From Candidatus Doudnabacteria bacterium (GTDB taxonomy: Bacteria; Patescibacteriota; Doudnabacteria; UBA920): a stretch of 64,000 bases of DNA. Below, in pieces: positions 41,256-51,445 of the stretch (positions are counted from its first letter, which is position 1; each line of letters begins with the position of its first letter). The notes under the pieces are model-generated. The model was given only the letters and a program-made list of their open reading frames with translations. It was not told the DNA's origin and made no database searches. The translations under genes and the position numbers were made by a program. The DNA is taken from contig JBBRMG010000002.1 in the NCBI GenBank assembly GCA_038230955.1, forward strand, positions 1,199 through 65,198. The letters are read 5' to 3'.

Positions 41256-41278
41256 ATTAATCATTATCTATTTTTCTC

Positions 41279-42004
41279 ATGTTACTACATCTGTACTCTG
41301 AAATTATTTATCGCCCAATATTAAATGTCTTAGTGTTCTTGTATAACATTATTCCCGGACATGATGTTGGTTTGGCGATCATCGCCGTGACTGTCCTAGT
41401 GAGAATAATTCTGGCGCCTTTTATGCACCGTTCATTGAAGAGCCAACAAGCGATGACTGCTTTACAACCAAAGATGAATGATTTACGGGAGCAACATAAG
41501 GATAATAAGGAAGAGCAAGCAAAAGCCATTATGGCTTTATACAAGGAACACAAAGTTAATCCTTTGGCTTCTTGCTTACCGCTCATCATACAGCTACCAA
41601 TTTTAATTGCCCTATATCAAGTATTAGCCAAAGCATTAAGAGGAAATCTAGATGGCCTATATCATTTTGTTCACAACCCAGGTCTCTTAAATCCAAAAAT
41701 GTTTGGATTGATAGATTTGTCTCACCCAAACTTTATTTTTGCTATTGCAGCGGGACTAGCTCAGTTCTGGCAGTCTAAACTAATGACCGCCTCTAACACC
41801 CCTAGCACAGATCCGACAGCTAAAATGATGAACGTTCAAGTGATGTATATTTTGCCATTGATTTCTGTATTCATTGCTTGGCGCTTACCAGCTGGGTTGC
41901 CGTTGTATTGGACCACCACCACTTTGCTGTTAGTCCTGCAGCAAAAATATATTTCTAAGGCAGATCTAAGTACTATCAACTCAACAGCCACTGTTGTTAA
42001 ATAA
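41279..42004 (+). CDS. yidC: Membrane protein insertase YidC/Oxa1 (short form)
   Basis: GLAII.VTV.VR, LQPKM, MALYKEHKVNP..SCLPL.IQLP and GLPLYW motifs. Confidence 0.95.
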   Translation: MLLHLYSEIIYRPILNVLVFLYNIIPGHDVGLAIIAVTVLVRIILAPFMHRSLKSQQAMTALQPKMNDLREQHKDNKEEQAKAIMALYKEHKVNPLASCLPLIIQLPILIALYQVLAKALRGNLDGLYHFVHNPGLLNPKMFGLIDLSHPNFIFAIAAGLAQFWQSKLMTASNTPSTDPTAKMMNVQVMYILPLISVFIAWRLPAGLPLYWTTTTLLLVLQQKYISKADLSTINSTATVVK

Positions 42005-42009
42005 GAACG

Positions 42010-42474
42010 ATGACTGACTACGACAAAGCTGAACAAGTTAAATTGTTAATTCAGAACCTTCTTTCACAAGGCGGTTTTCAGGCCCAAGTTGAATATGAAG
42101 ACAGCTTGCTCAAAGGGCTAGTGTTTAACATTAGCACCCGGGAATCACGTTCCCTTATTGGTCGGCAAGGAATGACCTTGCATGCATTGGAAATTCTAGT
42201 TCATGCATTAGCGGCCCGTACTTTTAAAGGAGAACTATTTCGATTTTCTTTGGACGTCGATGATTATAAGCGTAAGCGTGAGTGGTCTCTAAAAGAGTTG
42301 GCTCGTGAGACTGCAGGAAAACTACAAGCTACAGGTAAGTCTATCGCTTTAGAACCAATGCCCAATTACGAACGCCGCATTGTTCATGCTTACTTACAAG
42401 AAAATTATCCGGAGATTGTTAGTGTCAGTGAGGGCGTGGATCCTAATAGAAAGATTGTTGTTAGTTTGAAGTAG
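42010..42474 (+). CDS. jag: KH/R3H RNA-binding protein Jag/KhpB (lacks Jag N-terminal domain)
   Basis: LIGRQG.TL.AL, DVDDY and PMPNYERRIVH motifs. Confidence 0.9.
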   Translation: MTDYDKAEQVKLLIQNLLSQGGFQAQVEYEDSLLKGLVFNISTRESRSLIGRQGMTLHALEILVHALAARTFKGELFRFSLDVDDYKRKREWSLKELARETAGKLQATGKSIALEPMPNYERRIVHAYLQENYPEIVSVSEGVDPNRKIVVSLK

Positions 42475-42482
42475 GTATACAA

Positions 42483-42593
42483 AAAACACCTCCATCATTG
42501 CTTGAAACTATCGCTCGAGTTGCTGCTGCTGAACTTCGTTCATCATAGCAACTTTGTCGCTCAATAGTTTCCTTGCAACGATGGAGGTGTTTT
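42483..42593. repeat. Long inverted repeat with conserved core (repeat family copy C); also terminator-like
   Basis: AAAACACCTCCATC.TTGC / GCAA.GATGGAGGTGTTTT around core GAAACTATCGCTCGAGTTGCTGC..TTCG..TAGCAACTTTGTCGCTCAATAGTTTC. Confidence 0.85.
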
Positions 42594-42761
42594 GTATTTC
42601 CATTTAAACTGGCAACAACCAGTGTGTTGCATAATAATACTTCAAACTGACAAGCAAGCGTTTATTTTACCCACAGTTTATAATTTATTTAACTTTCTGT
42701 GAACAGGGTTATGCTACGGTAACTGTATGCTATAATATTAATCCCAAGAAAGTTAAATTCT

Positions 42762-43010
42762 ATGACAGAAATAAATTTCCAACCAGTTTTTGATTATATT
42801 GATGCTTTAGAGACAAAGATAGACCCTTTGGTCGAAAGAATTGATGATTTGGGGCACAAATTTGACAATCTTCAATCGGCCGTAGATAAGTCGCTAACGG
42901 ATTTACGCAATATAAATGAGGAGAAAGTAATAACTGCTTATCGTACTAAGCGTTTAGAGGAATGGGCCAAGCCGGTGGGTGAAAAAGTTGAAGTTCCATT
43001 TGAAGTTTAG
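42762..43010 (+). CDS. Small coiled-coil hypothetical protein
   Basis: 82-aa ORF; TGnTATAAT upstream; terminator-like hairpin downstream. Confidence 0.7.
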   Translation: MTEINFQPVFDYIDALETKIDPLVERIDDLGHKFDNLQSAVDKSLTDLRNINEEKVITAYRTKRLEEWAKPVGEKVEVPFEV

Positions 43011-43070
43011 GCAAGAATTGAAATCGATAAAATTCCCTTATTAGCGAGGGAGTTTTTGATTGGTGTGGAA

Positions 43071-45902
43071 TTATTGTCCGACGGTGACTGATATTTTTGG
43101 AGTAGTAACACCTGTATCACTTTTTGCAAACAACGAATATTTACCAAGCTTGATTTTGTTGTCAGCCCATTGCACGGAGTATTTGTACCCGTCTTTTGAG
43201 TTGCCGCTAATTATGCCTGGTCCAATAGCTTTTATAATACTACCAGTTTGGTAGTAGAAGATTACTTGAGTATATTGCGCGCTCGCTGAGGCCATAAGCC
43301 CAGCTGGCATAATTAAGAGCGCTCCGTCATTCGGTTGACTCATGACCAAAGGTTGAGGGGCAGATATGGTAACTGTGGTGCTGGCGTCTACTGTGTTGCC
43401 TTGGTTGTCAGTTGCAGTAGCAGTTATTGTATGCGCTCCGTCGGCGTATTTTTTATTAATTTGGAAAGCATATGGTGCTGTAGTCCCGCTGACTATAAAT
43501 TCACCATCAATGGTAATATCTACTTTTGCAATGTTATTACCAGTTGTTTTCACTGTAACCACGAACGGACTTTGAGTGATGATTACATCCTTCAATGGTT
43601 GCGTAATTTCTATTTGCAGATCGTTAGGAGGAGTAACTACCGGAGTGCTTCCCGGGTAAGAGTAGCCATGTGCAAGGGCCCATGCCCTTACTGGGTTTTC
43701 CCAACTCGGGGTATCGGGTTTTTCGCTATGAAGTACGGTAAAGATTTTATCTACAATATTTTCCGGTGGAGTACTGCTATTAGCGGGTAGGCCGGTGGTA
43801 CTGTCGATTTTCACTGAAACATGAACATTATCATAATCTTTCGGAACGGAGTAGTCAGCAAACACTTCAGACTTAGTGTCGGATGAATATTGTGATGGCA
43901 ACTTGCCTGATAGATTATCAATTGTGACATGGGTAATACCTTGGGGTTCTTTAAAATCTTCTTTGGGCCGTTTGCCTAAAGCAGTATTCATAAATGTTTT
44001 AACAATCGGCGCGGCAGTAAATACGCCGTCTGACCCTGGCTTCATTAGAGTGCCGTCATTGTTGCCAGACCACACTCCTACAGATAGGTTTGGGGTAAAG
44101 CACATTGTCCAGCCATCATGCCAACTTTGAGTAGTACCTGTCTTACAAGCCACTTGTTGCCCTGGGTAGGCTAAGGGTGAGGTAGCACCAAATACATAAG
44201 CGCGGGCGTTGTTGTCCGTCATTATGTTAATCAATTCATATGCGGCTTGTGGGTCAACAATTTGCTGATGCTTGTCTTTGAACTCTTCCATTATCTTGCC
44301 GTCTTGTCCTTCGATTTTCATAATTGCGGTTTGTTGGTGCTTGTCACCCATATTAGCGATAGCTCCAAATGCTGCCACATGATCCACCAGCCGCACTTCA
44401 CATCCACCCAATACTAAAGACAAACCACAGTTCTGCAATGACGACGTTATCCCGAGCTTGCGCGCGATCTCAGTAACATTGTTCACACCAACCAAAGCCA
44501 AAGTTTTTACAGCTGGGATGTTCAAGCTGCCCGCCAGAGCTTTGCGCATGGACACAGGACCATTGCTTTCACCGCTATAGTTATGAGGGACATAATCCTT
44601 GCCACCATAGCTACCAAAGTTAGTGACGACATCAATTAATACTGATGCCGGAGCATATTTAAAGTCGGGCCCAACAGCAGTTATATAGGCATAAGGCTTA
44701 AAGCTACTCCCTGGTTGTCGCTGTGATGTGGCGACATTAACATTTGGTTCAAACAGACAATTTTTCCCAGGAGTGCAACCAGCAGGAGTGGATTCACCAA
44801 AGTAGTCTTTGCTCCCAACCATAGCTAGTATTTGACCCGTTTTTGGATCGGTCGCTACTAGGGCTGCATTGTTTGCGTTATATTTTTTTGAGAAGTTGTC
44901 CACTCCACTTTTAACAGCTGCTTCAGCTGCTGTTTGTAATTCGGGGTCTAGAGTAGTGTAAACTTTTAATCCACCATTCTCTAAAGTGCTTTCACCGTAC
45001 TTGTTAGCCAGATAGTCTTGCACAAACATTACGAAGTGCGGCGCCTTAATAGAATTAGACACTGGAACGAACGTCACTTTATCATTTAATGCAGCTTGAT
45101 ACTGTGAGTCGTTAATATAATTTTGATCTTTCATTCTTTGCAACACCAAGTGTTGTCGTGATTGCAAAGCATCAAAATGAGGACCAGTCGGACTATAATA
45201 AGTCGGAGCCTGAGGAATTGCTGCTAAGTATGCAGCCTGAGCGAGCGATAATTTATCCGCTGTAGTATTAAAATAAGTTTCTGCCGCCGCTTCGACCCCG
45301 TATGCATTGCGTCCATAAGGAATTTCATTTAGGTATAATTTAAGAATGTCATTTTTAGAGAAACGGGCTTCAATTTCTATTGATAAAATAATTTCTTTGA
45401 TTTTTCTCAGAATAGATTTGTCTCGGGTCAGAACCGCATTTTTAACAAATTGTTGAGTAATAGTACTGCCTCCCTGTTTGGCCTGACCAGAAGCAACGTC
45501 TACTAATGCTGACCGCAGTGTTCCTGTGATGGAAATACCACCGTGCTTGTAAAAATCTTTGTCTTCAATTGCTATGGTGGCATGCTGTAGATCTGGAGAC
45601 ACTTGGTCCAGCTTAACTAAAGTTCGTTTTACTTCCCCATGAACTTCATATAGTAGTCCCCCATTACGATCGTAAATTTTAGTTGATTCCGGTACGTTGC
45701 GGCCAAGTAATCGGTTTGGATCTGGTAACGCCCTACTATAATAAACAAACAGAAGAGCAATAAATAGGACGCCCGCCGCCGTAAGACGCAAGATCCATGT
45801 TAAAGCCTGCTTCCGGTTAATATTGCGGAAGAATCGTTTAATTTTTTTTACCCAAGCTTTAGTGTTAGTGGCTGGCGAATTCGAGTAGTCGTATATACGC
45901 AT
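43071..45902 (-). CDS. Class A penicillin-binding protein (PBP1A family) with C-terminal Ig-like domains
   Basis: EDKDFYKH and GGSTITQQ (glycosyltransferase); SSFK, SLN and KTGT (transpeptidase); Big-like tail. Confidence 0.95.
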   Translation of the reverse strand: MRIYDYSNSPATNTKAWVKKIKRFFRNINRKQALTWILRLTAAGVLFIALLFVYYSRALPDPNRLLGRNVPESTKIYDRNGGLLYEVHGEVKRTLVKLDQVSPDLQHATIAIEDKDFYKHGGISITGTLRSALVDVASGQAKQGGSTITQQFVKNAVLTRDKSILRKIKEIILSIEIEARFSKNDILKLYLNEIPYGRNAYGVEAAAETYFNTTADKLSLAQAAYLAAIPQAPTYYSPTGPHFDALQSRQHLVLQRMKDQNYINDSQYQAALNDKVTFVPVSNSIKAPHFVMFVQDYLANKYGESTLENGGLKVYTTLDPELQTAAEAAVKSGVDNFSKKYNANNAALVATDPKTGQILAMVGSKDYFGESTPAGCTPGKNCLFEPNVNVATSQRQPGSSFKPYAYITAVGPDFKYAPASVLIDVVTNFGSYGGKDYVPHNYSGESNGPVSMRKALAGSLNIPAVKTLALVGVNNVTEIARKLGITSSLQNCGLSLVLGGCEVRLVDHVAAFGAIANMGDKHQQTAIMKIEGQDGKIMEEFKDKHQQIVDPQAAYELINIMTDNNARAYVFGATSPLAYPGQQVACKTGTTQSWHDGWTMCFTPNLSVGVWSGNNDGTLMKPGSDGVFTAAPIVKTFMNTALGKRPKEDFKEPQGITHVTIDNLSGKLPSQYSSDTKSEVFADYSVPKDYDNVHVSVKIDSTTGLPANSSTPPENIVDKIFTVLHSEKPDTPSWENPVRAWALAHGYSYPGSTPVVTPPNDLQIEITQPLKDVIITQSPFVVTVKTTGNNIAKVDITIDGEFIVSGTTAPYAFQINKKYADGAHTITATATDNQGNTVDASTTVTISAPQPLVMSQPNDGALLIMPAGLMASASAQYTQVIFYYQTGSIIKAIGPGIISGNSKDGYKYSVQWADNKIKLGKYSLFAKSDTGVTTPKISVTVGQ

Positions 45903-45990
45903 AGTTCATCTATTATACCCTTTATTGGGTATCTAAGTAAAAAAAAGTAAAAATGTTATACTGTATATAAGACGTATTCATAACAGTACT

Positions 45991-47172
45991 ATGACAAAAC
46001 AAGAGCAAATTAACGGCATACTTAAGCGGGGCGTCGAGGAAATTATCCACGAAAAACACTTAGCCGAGAGCTTAAAAGGGCGTAAGAAATTAAGGGTTAA
46101 ACTTGGCATTGACCCAACTAGCCCTAATATTCACATCGGCCGAGCTGTGGTTTTGTGGAAACTCCGCGCTTTTCAGGAATTAGGTCATCAGGTCGTGTTT
46201 ATTGTGGGTGACTTTACTGGATTAATTGGCGATACATCCGATAAAGACTCAGAGCGCCCGATGTTAACGGAGAGGCAGGTTACGCAAAACATGAAAACGT
46301 ATTTCGACCAAGCTTTTATGGTATTGGACAAAACTAAGACAGAAGTTCACTATAATTCAACTTGGTTAAAGAAGCTCGGATTTGCGGAGATTGGGAAGAT
46401 GGCAGACGCGTTTGGCCTGCATGAGTTTTCTAGTCGCGAGAACATTAAAAAGCGCTTAGATGTAGGGAAAAGAGTGTCCTTGCGGGAATTGATGTACCCA
46501 CTAATGCAAGGTTACGATAGCGTCCATGTGAAGGCCGATATTGAGCTAGGCGGGACTGATCAGCGTTTTAACATGTTAGCCGGTCGGACCATTCAGCAGT
46601 TATATGGACAGGAACCGCAGGATTTAATGACAATGACCTTACTGGAAGGGACGGATGGTCGCAAAATGTCCTCGTCTTGGGGCAATACAATTAATTTAGT
46701 TGATGATCCTCATACAATGTTTGGCAAAGCTATGTCGATCCCTGATAGCTTAATCGAAAAGTTCTTTAATCTAGCAACACCGACTTTATGGAAGCATATT
46801 GATGAGATTATGCACAGCTATGACAACCCCCGTGATCAGAAATTAATTTTGGCTCACACAATTACGGCTCAGTATCACGGTGCCGATAAGTCACGGATGG
46901 CGCAAGAACAATTCATTTCCCAGTTCAGCAAAAAAGAGATTCCCACAGATATTCCTTCGATAAAGCTGAAGGCGGGAAAATATACTGCGATAGATTTATT
47001 AGCTGACCAAAAGTTGGTGGCTAGCAAGGGTGAGGCTCGCCGCGTCTTGGCTCAGAATGGTGTAAAGATGGATGGTAAAACTTTTGTTGGTGACACTTTT
47101 GAATTAAAGCCGGGCGCCGAATTTGTGGTTCAGGTTGGCAAGCGAAAATTTCTCAAAATAAAAAGCCGCTAA
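45991..47172 (+). CDS. tyrS: Tyrosine--tRNA ligase
   Basis: GIDPT..HIGR, YPLMQGYD, GGTDQ, KMSSS motifs and C-terminal S4 domain. Confidence 0.97.
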   Translation: MTKQEQINGILKRGVEEIIHEKHLAESLKGRKKLRVKLGIDPTSPNIHIGRAVVLWKLRAFQELGHQVVFIVGDFTGLIGDTSDKDSERPMLTERQVTQNMKTYFDQAFMVLDKTKTEVHYNSTWLKKLGFAEIGKMADAFGLHEFSSRENIKKRLDVGKRVSLRELMYPLMQGYDSVHVKADIELGGTDQRFNMLAGRTIQQLYGQEPQDLMTMTLLEGTDGRKMSSSWGNTINLVDDPHTMFGKAMSIPDSLIEKFFNLATPTLWKHIDEIMHSYDNPRDQKLILAHTITAQYHGADKSRMAQEQFISQFSKKEIPTDIPSIKLKAGKYTAIDLLADQKLVASKGEARRVLAQNGVKMDGKTFVGDTFELKPGAEFVVQVGKRKFLKIKSR

Positions 47173-47206
47173 CTTGCGGCACCGCATTAAACATTATAGT
47201 TAAAAA

Positions 47207-47231
47207 TAAAACCCTCTCGCGAGGGTTTTAA
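47207..47231. terminator. Bidirectional terminator
   Basis: AAAACCCTC-tcgc-GAGGGTTTT. Confidence 0.8.
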
Positions 47232-47234
47232 AAT

Positions 47235-47342
47235 TTAGACAGCTGCTGTTTCTTCAGGAGCTGCTTCTTCAGTCTTGGTTTCTTCGGCTGTGTCGTCCAT
47301 AGGAGCGGCTGCGCCGGTGTTATCCATTTCGTCTTCGAACAT
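47235..47342 (-). CDS. 35-aa highly acidic microprotein
   Basis: MFEDEMDNTGAAAPMDDTAEETKTEEAAPEETAAV; promoter TGGACA-17-TACAAT (47452-47424), GAAGGGA SD-like sequence, terminator directly after. Confidence 0.7.
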   Translation of the reverse strand: MFEDEMDNTGAAAPMDDTAEETKTEEAAPEETAAV

Positions 47343-47466
47343 AGTATGTTCCCTTCGTTCTCTTCAGTAAATTCTTTCAGAGAAGCATTAGTTGGTTCCT
47401 GCCTGTGCTGGAACTATGCGACTATTGTAGCACGCATAGTCAGTTCTGTCCAGCGGTGAAATATGA

Positions 47467-47949
47467 CTAAATCATTTGTGCAAGCGCCGCGCATAATGCA
47501 ATCGCTAATGCGTCGGCTGCGTCATCCGGTTTAGGAATGGTTTTTAACTTAAAAGTTTTTTGAACCATGAGCTGAACTTGTTTTTTTTCAGCTTGGCCGT
47601 ATCCGCACAAAGTACTTTTCACTTGTAACGGTGTGAATTCTAGGATTGGCACATGAGCCTGCTCGCAAATTAACAATGCTACACCTCTAGCTTGAGCCAC
47701 CGTAATAGCGGTTTTCTGATTATTAGTGAAAAATAGCCGCTCTATACCTACTCGATCCGGCTTATATTTCTTAATTAATCTTGTCATGTCGTAAGCAAGA
47801 GTAGCTAGTCTAGTGGAGTCTGCTTCCCCCTTTTTTGTTGTAACCACGCCAAATTCTACGACTTGAAATTCATCCTTTTTCCCTGGCAGCGTTTTAATTA
47901 TCCCGTAGCCGGTGGTGGCAGTTCCCGGATCAATGCCTAATATAATCAT
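47467..47949 (-). CDS. ruvC: Crossover junction endodeoxyribonuclease RuvC
   Basis: ILGIDPG, IERLFF, AQARGV and PDDAADALA motifs. Confidence 0.97.
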   Translation of the reverse strand: MIILGIDPGTATTGYGIIKTLPGKKDEFQVVEFGVVTTKKGEADSTRLATLAYDMTRLIKKYKPDRVGIERLFFTNNQKTAITVAQARGVALLICEQAHVPILEFTPLQVKSTLCGYGQAEKKQVQLMVQKTFKLKTIPKPDDAADALAIALCAALAQMI

Positions 47950-48668
47950 AAGATTGCGTTAGTGTGAACGCCAATTACATCTTCGTCGTTTTCTAGCTCA
48001 TCGAACAATACTCCGACTTTGTGCTTTTGATCATCTGTTAAGTCAACGCCCTGAGCGCTCTCTTTTATTATTTCTGCTTGAGCGATTTTTGCTCCGGCAT
48101 CGCTAATGACTTTTTTTATTTTGATAAGATCATTTGGTGCGGTATAAATTTCTAAGCCTTCTTCCGATTCCTTGACATCTTCCGCTCCGGCATCAATTGC
48201 TATAAGTTCCAGCTCAGTCAGATCTTTGCCACCTCTTTCGATTAGTATTTGGCCCCGAGTCTGGAATTGCCAGGCTACAGAACCAGTGGCACCTAGGTTG
48301 CCGCCGCTTTTGGATAAAGTATGTTTAATGCTACTGACTGTGCGGTTTTTATTATCGGTGGCAGCTTCAATAATAAAGGCTGTACCGAATGGTCCGTACC
48401 CTTCATACACCGCTTCTTCTATTAATGCGCCGCCTTCACCCAAACCTTTTTTAATGGCACGCTCAATATTGTCATTGGGAAGACTGTATTCTTTAGCGAT
48501 ATCAATGGCTCCCCGGAGCTGCATGTTGAGAGCGGGGTCACCAATGTTACCGCCGTCTTTGACAGCAATGCTAATTTTTTTTGATAACTTGGAAAACAAC
48601 GCCCCCCGTTTTACATCGGCCGCGCCCTTGCTTCTTTTAATTTGTGACCACTTACTGTGTCCGCTCAT
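47946..48668 (-). CDS. yebC: YebC/PmpR-family protein
   Basis: MSGHSKWSQIKR, YEGYGP and TDNKNRT motifs. Confidence 0.95.
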   Translation of the reverse strand: MSGHSKWSQIKRSKGAADVKRGALFSKLSKKISIAVKDGGNIGDPALNMQLRGAIDIAKEYSLPNDNIERAIKKGLGEGGALIEEAVYEGYGPFGTAFIIEAATDNKNRTVSSIKHTLSKSGGNLGATGSVAWQFQTRGQILIERGGKDLTELELIAIDAGAEDVKESEEGLEIYTAPNDLIKIKKVISDAGAKIAQAEIIKESAQGVDLTDDQKHKVGVLFDELENDEDVIGVHTNAIL

Positions 48669-48677
48669 AATAATGAA

Positions 48678-49343
48678 TTATTTAAATGAGACAACTAAGG
48701 TGATTTCCCCTTTTATTGTGGTTTTCTTCTTGAGTTCTTCCAAGGTCTCGCTGACTGTCCCACGTACAAACTGTTCATGCAGTTTGGTTACCTCACGACC
48801 GACAGCGACTTTGGCGTTTGGCTCTAGTGTTTTTATTAGATCCAATGTTTTTATAATACGTTGAGGAGATTCATATGCAACAAGAGTTGCCGCGGCGTTT
48901 TTTGCTTCGTCTATAATCCGTTTTAGTTTCGGTTCAGTTTTAGGGAGAAAACCGACAAACAAGAACCGGTCGGTCGGTAGGCCAGAGGCAGCCAGTGCGC
49001 TAATGGAGGCGCTAGCTCCGGGAATGGGCATAACTTCAATGCCGGCGTCTACGCATGCGCGCACTAAGCGAAAGCCGGGATCAGAAATGGCGGGCATGCC
49101 GGCATCGCTAACCAATGCCGCATCTGTGATTGCTAGCTGTTCTATTAGTTTTGGCAAAACCCGCTGTTCGTTATGATCCGCAAATTGCACTAAAGTTTTG
49201 CCTGTAATTTCGTAGTGATTTAAGAGTTTACGGGTGTGTCCCGGATTTTCAGCAATTATAGTGGCGACTGACTTTAGAGTTTCGATGGCTCTGAGGGTCA
49301 TATCACCCAAATTACCGATTGGGGTAGCTACAATATATAACAT
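48678..49343 (-). CDS. rsmI: 16S rRNA C1402 2'-O-methyltransferase
   Basis: MLYIVATPIGNL.D, VSDAG.PAISDPG, YESPQR and RE.TKLHE motifs. Confidence 0.95.
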   Translation of the reverse strand: MLYIVATPIGNLGDMTLRAIETLKSVATIIAENPGHTRKLLNHYEITGKTLVQFADHNEQRVLPKLIEQLAITDAALVSDAGMPAISDPGFRLVRACVDAGIEVMPIPGASASISALAASGLPTDRFLFVGFLPKTEPKLKRIIDEAKNAAATLVAYESPQRIIKTLDLIKTLEPNAKVAVGREVTKLHEQFVRGTVSETLEELKKKTTIKGEITLVVSFK

Positions 49344-49365
49344 AAGGAAAGTGGTTACGGCATTA

Positions 49366-49644
49366 CTACCAGCTGCGGTCGTTGGCTTCAAGGTGAAAAA
49401 TGTCTTCAATAAGATCGTATTCGACTTTCATTTTGGCTCGATAATCTTCCAGTCGATCTTTTTCGGCACCCTTACCATTGAACCAATCATCATAAGTCCG
49501 GTTTAGCTCTCGGTCAATTTCCATGCAACGGGCAAAAGCCTGCTCCTCTGTTTGAGGGCCTTTGTCTAGCCACTGGTCATAAGTCATGCCCAAAGCCTCA
49601 GTGTATTTATCTTCAAATAATTCTTTGATGTCTTCTTGATCCAT
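49366..49644 (-). CDS. Small acidic hypothetical protein
   Basis: 92-aa ORF; TATACT 6 nt upstream of the ATG. Confidence 0.7.
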   Translation of the reverse strand: MDQEDIKELFEDKYTEALGMTYDQWLDKGPQTEEQAFARCMEIDRELNRTYDDWFNGKGAEKDRLEDYRAKMKVEYDLIEDIFHLEANDRSW

Positions 49645-49668
49645 GTAGGTAGTATAATTCAGCTGAGG

Positions 49669-50430
49669 CTAGGAATCAATTTCTTGCCAGATTCCTTTAA
49701 ACATTTCGCGAAAATTGTCTGCCATAACAGAATCATATATTTCCACCAGATAATGAGGCCTTTGGCTGGTGACAATCATAATGATATAACTGCCATTGAC
49801 CCAAGTGGTGGCGGTGAGGTTTTTACTCCCCCGCCAATATTTTATTACGCGGTTTGGGAATTTTTTTTGTTTGATATTTTCCGCTAATTCATTACTCAAC
49901 AATTTAAGTTTGGCATGTTGCGGTGAGCCCTCTTCCCAATACCAATCAATCCATTTTTCATAGTGTTTAACAAAACTGGGATCCTGAAACCCCCACCAAA
50001 CGCCGTCAGTTTCTTGAATGCTTTTGTTCCAGTTTGGCGTTTGCTTATAAAGGTAATCATCTAATTTGTCTTCCGGGATGAACGACACTTTTGGGATGGA
50101 ATATTTGGCGCCGCCAATAAGAGATTGTAGTTCCATTACTGCTTTTTCGGCAATTCTTGCCTGCTTGTCTATAGATTCTCTTTGTTTATTAATAGAAATG
50201 ACTAATTCTTGTGGCGGCTTGGCAACCAAGTATGTTTTAGTTGCACCCAAATCTTCTGTAATAATGCCGCGCTCTATTAAATCTTTGGCCACACTGTAAA
50301 CAGTTGTGCGGTTAATTTTGGTTAATTTGGCAACATTGGTATGGGTAACTTTTCCCTGCTGGAGCACCGTCACATAGACATTTATTTCCTTATCGCTTAG
50401 ACCTAGTTGGCTCAATAATTCATTAATCAT
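49669..50430 (-). CDS. TrmB-family transcriptional regulator (paralogue 3)
   Basis: LGLSDKEINVY...INRTTVYS wHTH; ends REMFKGIW. Confidence 0.88.
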   Translation of the reverse strand: MINELLSQLGLSDKEINVYVTVLQQGKVTHTNVAKLTKINRTTVYSVAKDLIERGIITEDLGATKTYLVAKPPQELVISINKQRESIDKQARIAEKAVMELQSLIGGAKYSIPKVSFIPEDKLDDYLYKQTPNWNKSIQETDGVWWGFQDPSFVKHYEKWIDWYWEEGSPQHAKLKLLSNELAENIKQKKFPNRVIKYWRGSKNLTATTWVNGSYIIMIVTSQRPHYLVEIYDSVMADNFREMFKGIWQEIDS

Positions 50431-50436
50431 ACAATA

Positions 50437-50558
50437 ATTCTAGCATGTTGTTGATAAATTGTCAACAATAATACATTGCTTGTTTATAAGTGAAATAAGA
50501 AACAGTAGTTAACTTACGTTGATATATTATTGACAAAATGTTAATTTTGAGGTATAGT
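50437..50558. promoter_or_regulatory. Divergent promoters with palindromic operator
   Basis: Minus strand TTGACA(50465)-17-TAGAAT; perfect TTGTTGA-N7-TCAACAA (50448-50468); plus strand TTGACA(50530)-17-TATAGT. Confidence 0.7.
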
Positions 50559-50593
50559 TAGTTCTTCATTAATTAATCAAAGAAAGGAATTAC

Positions 50594-51430
50594 ATGAAGA
50601 CATATATAAATGCAGTTGTAGTTATCATTGCTATTGTAGCATTGGTTACCAGTGGGGTTGCGTTAAAGAAGGATTCTTCCAGCATCTCCGCGGTGAGTGT
50701 GAGCGATAAGGTCATTAAGAGCGGGGAGCTTCGCATCGGATATATTGTGTATCCCCCACTTCTAATGAAAGACTCGACAAGTGGCAAGCTGTCAGGTATT
50801 TCTTATGACATTGTCGAGCAAGCAGCCAAAAAACTTGGCTTAAAAACAAATTGGGTGGAAGAAGTAGGGTGGGGGTCTGCTATCGAAGGGTTGAAGGACA
50901 ATCGCTATGACATTTTGGGGACAGAAATGTGGCCCAACACCGCCAGGGCTCGCGAAGCAGTATTTTCGAAAGCCCCGATGAATAGCGTGGTCTATCCCTA
51001 TGTCCGACCTGGGGATCAGCGCTTTACTGATTTATCAAAAATAAATTCTAGCCAAAATACAATTAGCGTTCTTGATGGAGAAATGGCTTCTTTTATAGCG
51101 GCGCAGGATTACCCACAAGCCAAGACAAATACTTTGCCCCAATTAGCATCGTATTCCGATGTACTGCTAAATGTCACTACTAATAAGGCAGATTTGGTTT
51201 TTGTTGAGCCTTCTGTCGCAGATGGATTCCTCAAATCACATCCAGGTTCAATCGAACAATTATCTAAGTTGCCATTACGCACTCTTGGCAACGGGTTTGC
51301 TTTAGCTCGTGGTCAAGATTCAATGGTAGGGATGTGGAATATTGCGATGGACGAAATGATTAGAGAAGGTGCTATTGCTAGTATATTAGCAAAGTACAAT
51401 GCTTCGTCCGAGTACACAGTAAATAAGTAG
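50594..51430 (+). CDS. Polar amino acid ABC substrate-binding protein (family 3)
   Basis: SGELRIG..YPP, GISYDI and W.SAIEGL...YDI motifs; N-terminal TM. Confidence 0.9.
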   Translation: MKTYINAVVVIIAIVALVTSGVALKKDSSSISAVSVSDKVIKSGELRIGYIVYPPLLMKDSTSGKLSGISYDIVEQAAKKLGLKTNWVEEVGWGSAIEGLKDNRYDILGTEMWPNTARAREAVFSKAPMNSVVYPYVRPGDQRFTDLSKINSSQNTISVLDGEMASFIAAQDYPQAKTNTLPQLASYSDVLLNVTTNKADLVFVEPSVADGFLKSHPGSIEQLSKLPLRTLGNGFALARGQDSMVGMWNIAMDEMIREGAIASILAKYNASSEYTVNK

Positions 51431-51445
51431 TACTAATAAAGCTTT

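Noticed and set aside
7174-47949. Dispersal of ruvA, ruvB and ruvC, and gyrA without adjacent gyrB
   Set aside because: Operon fragmentation is common in reduced genomes and is not informative by itself.
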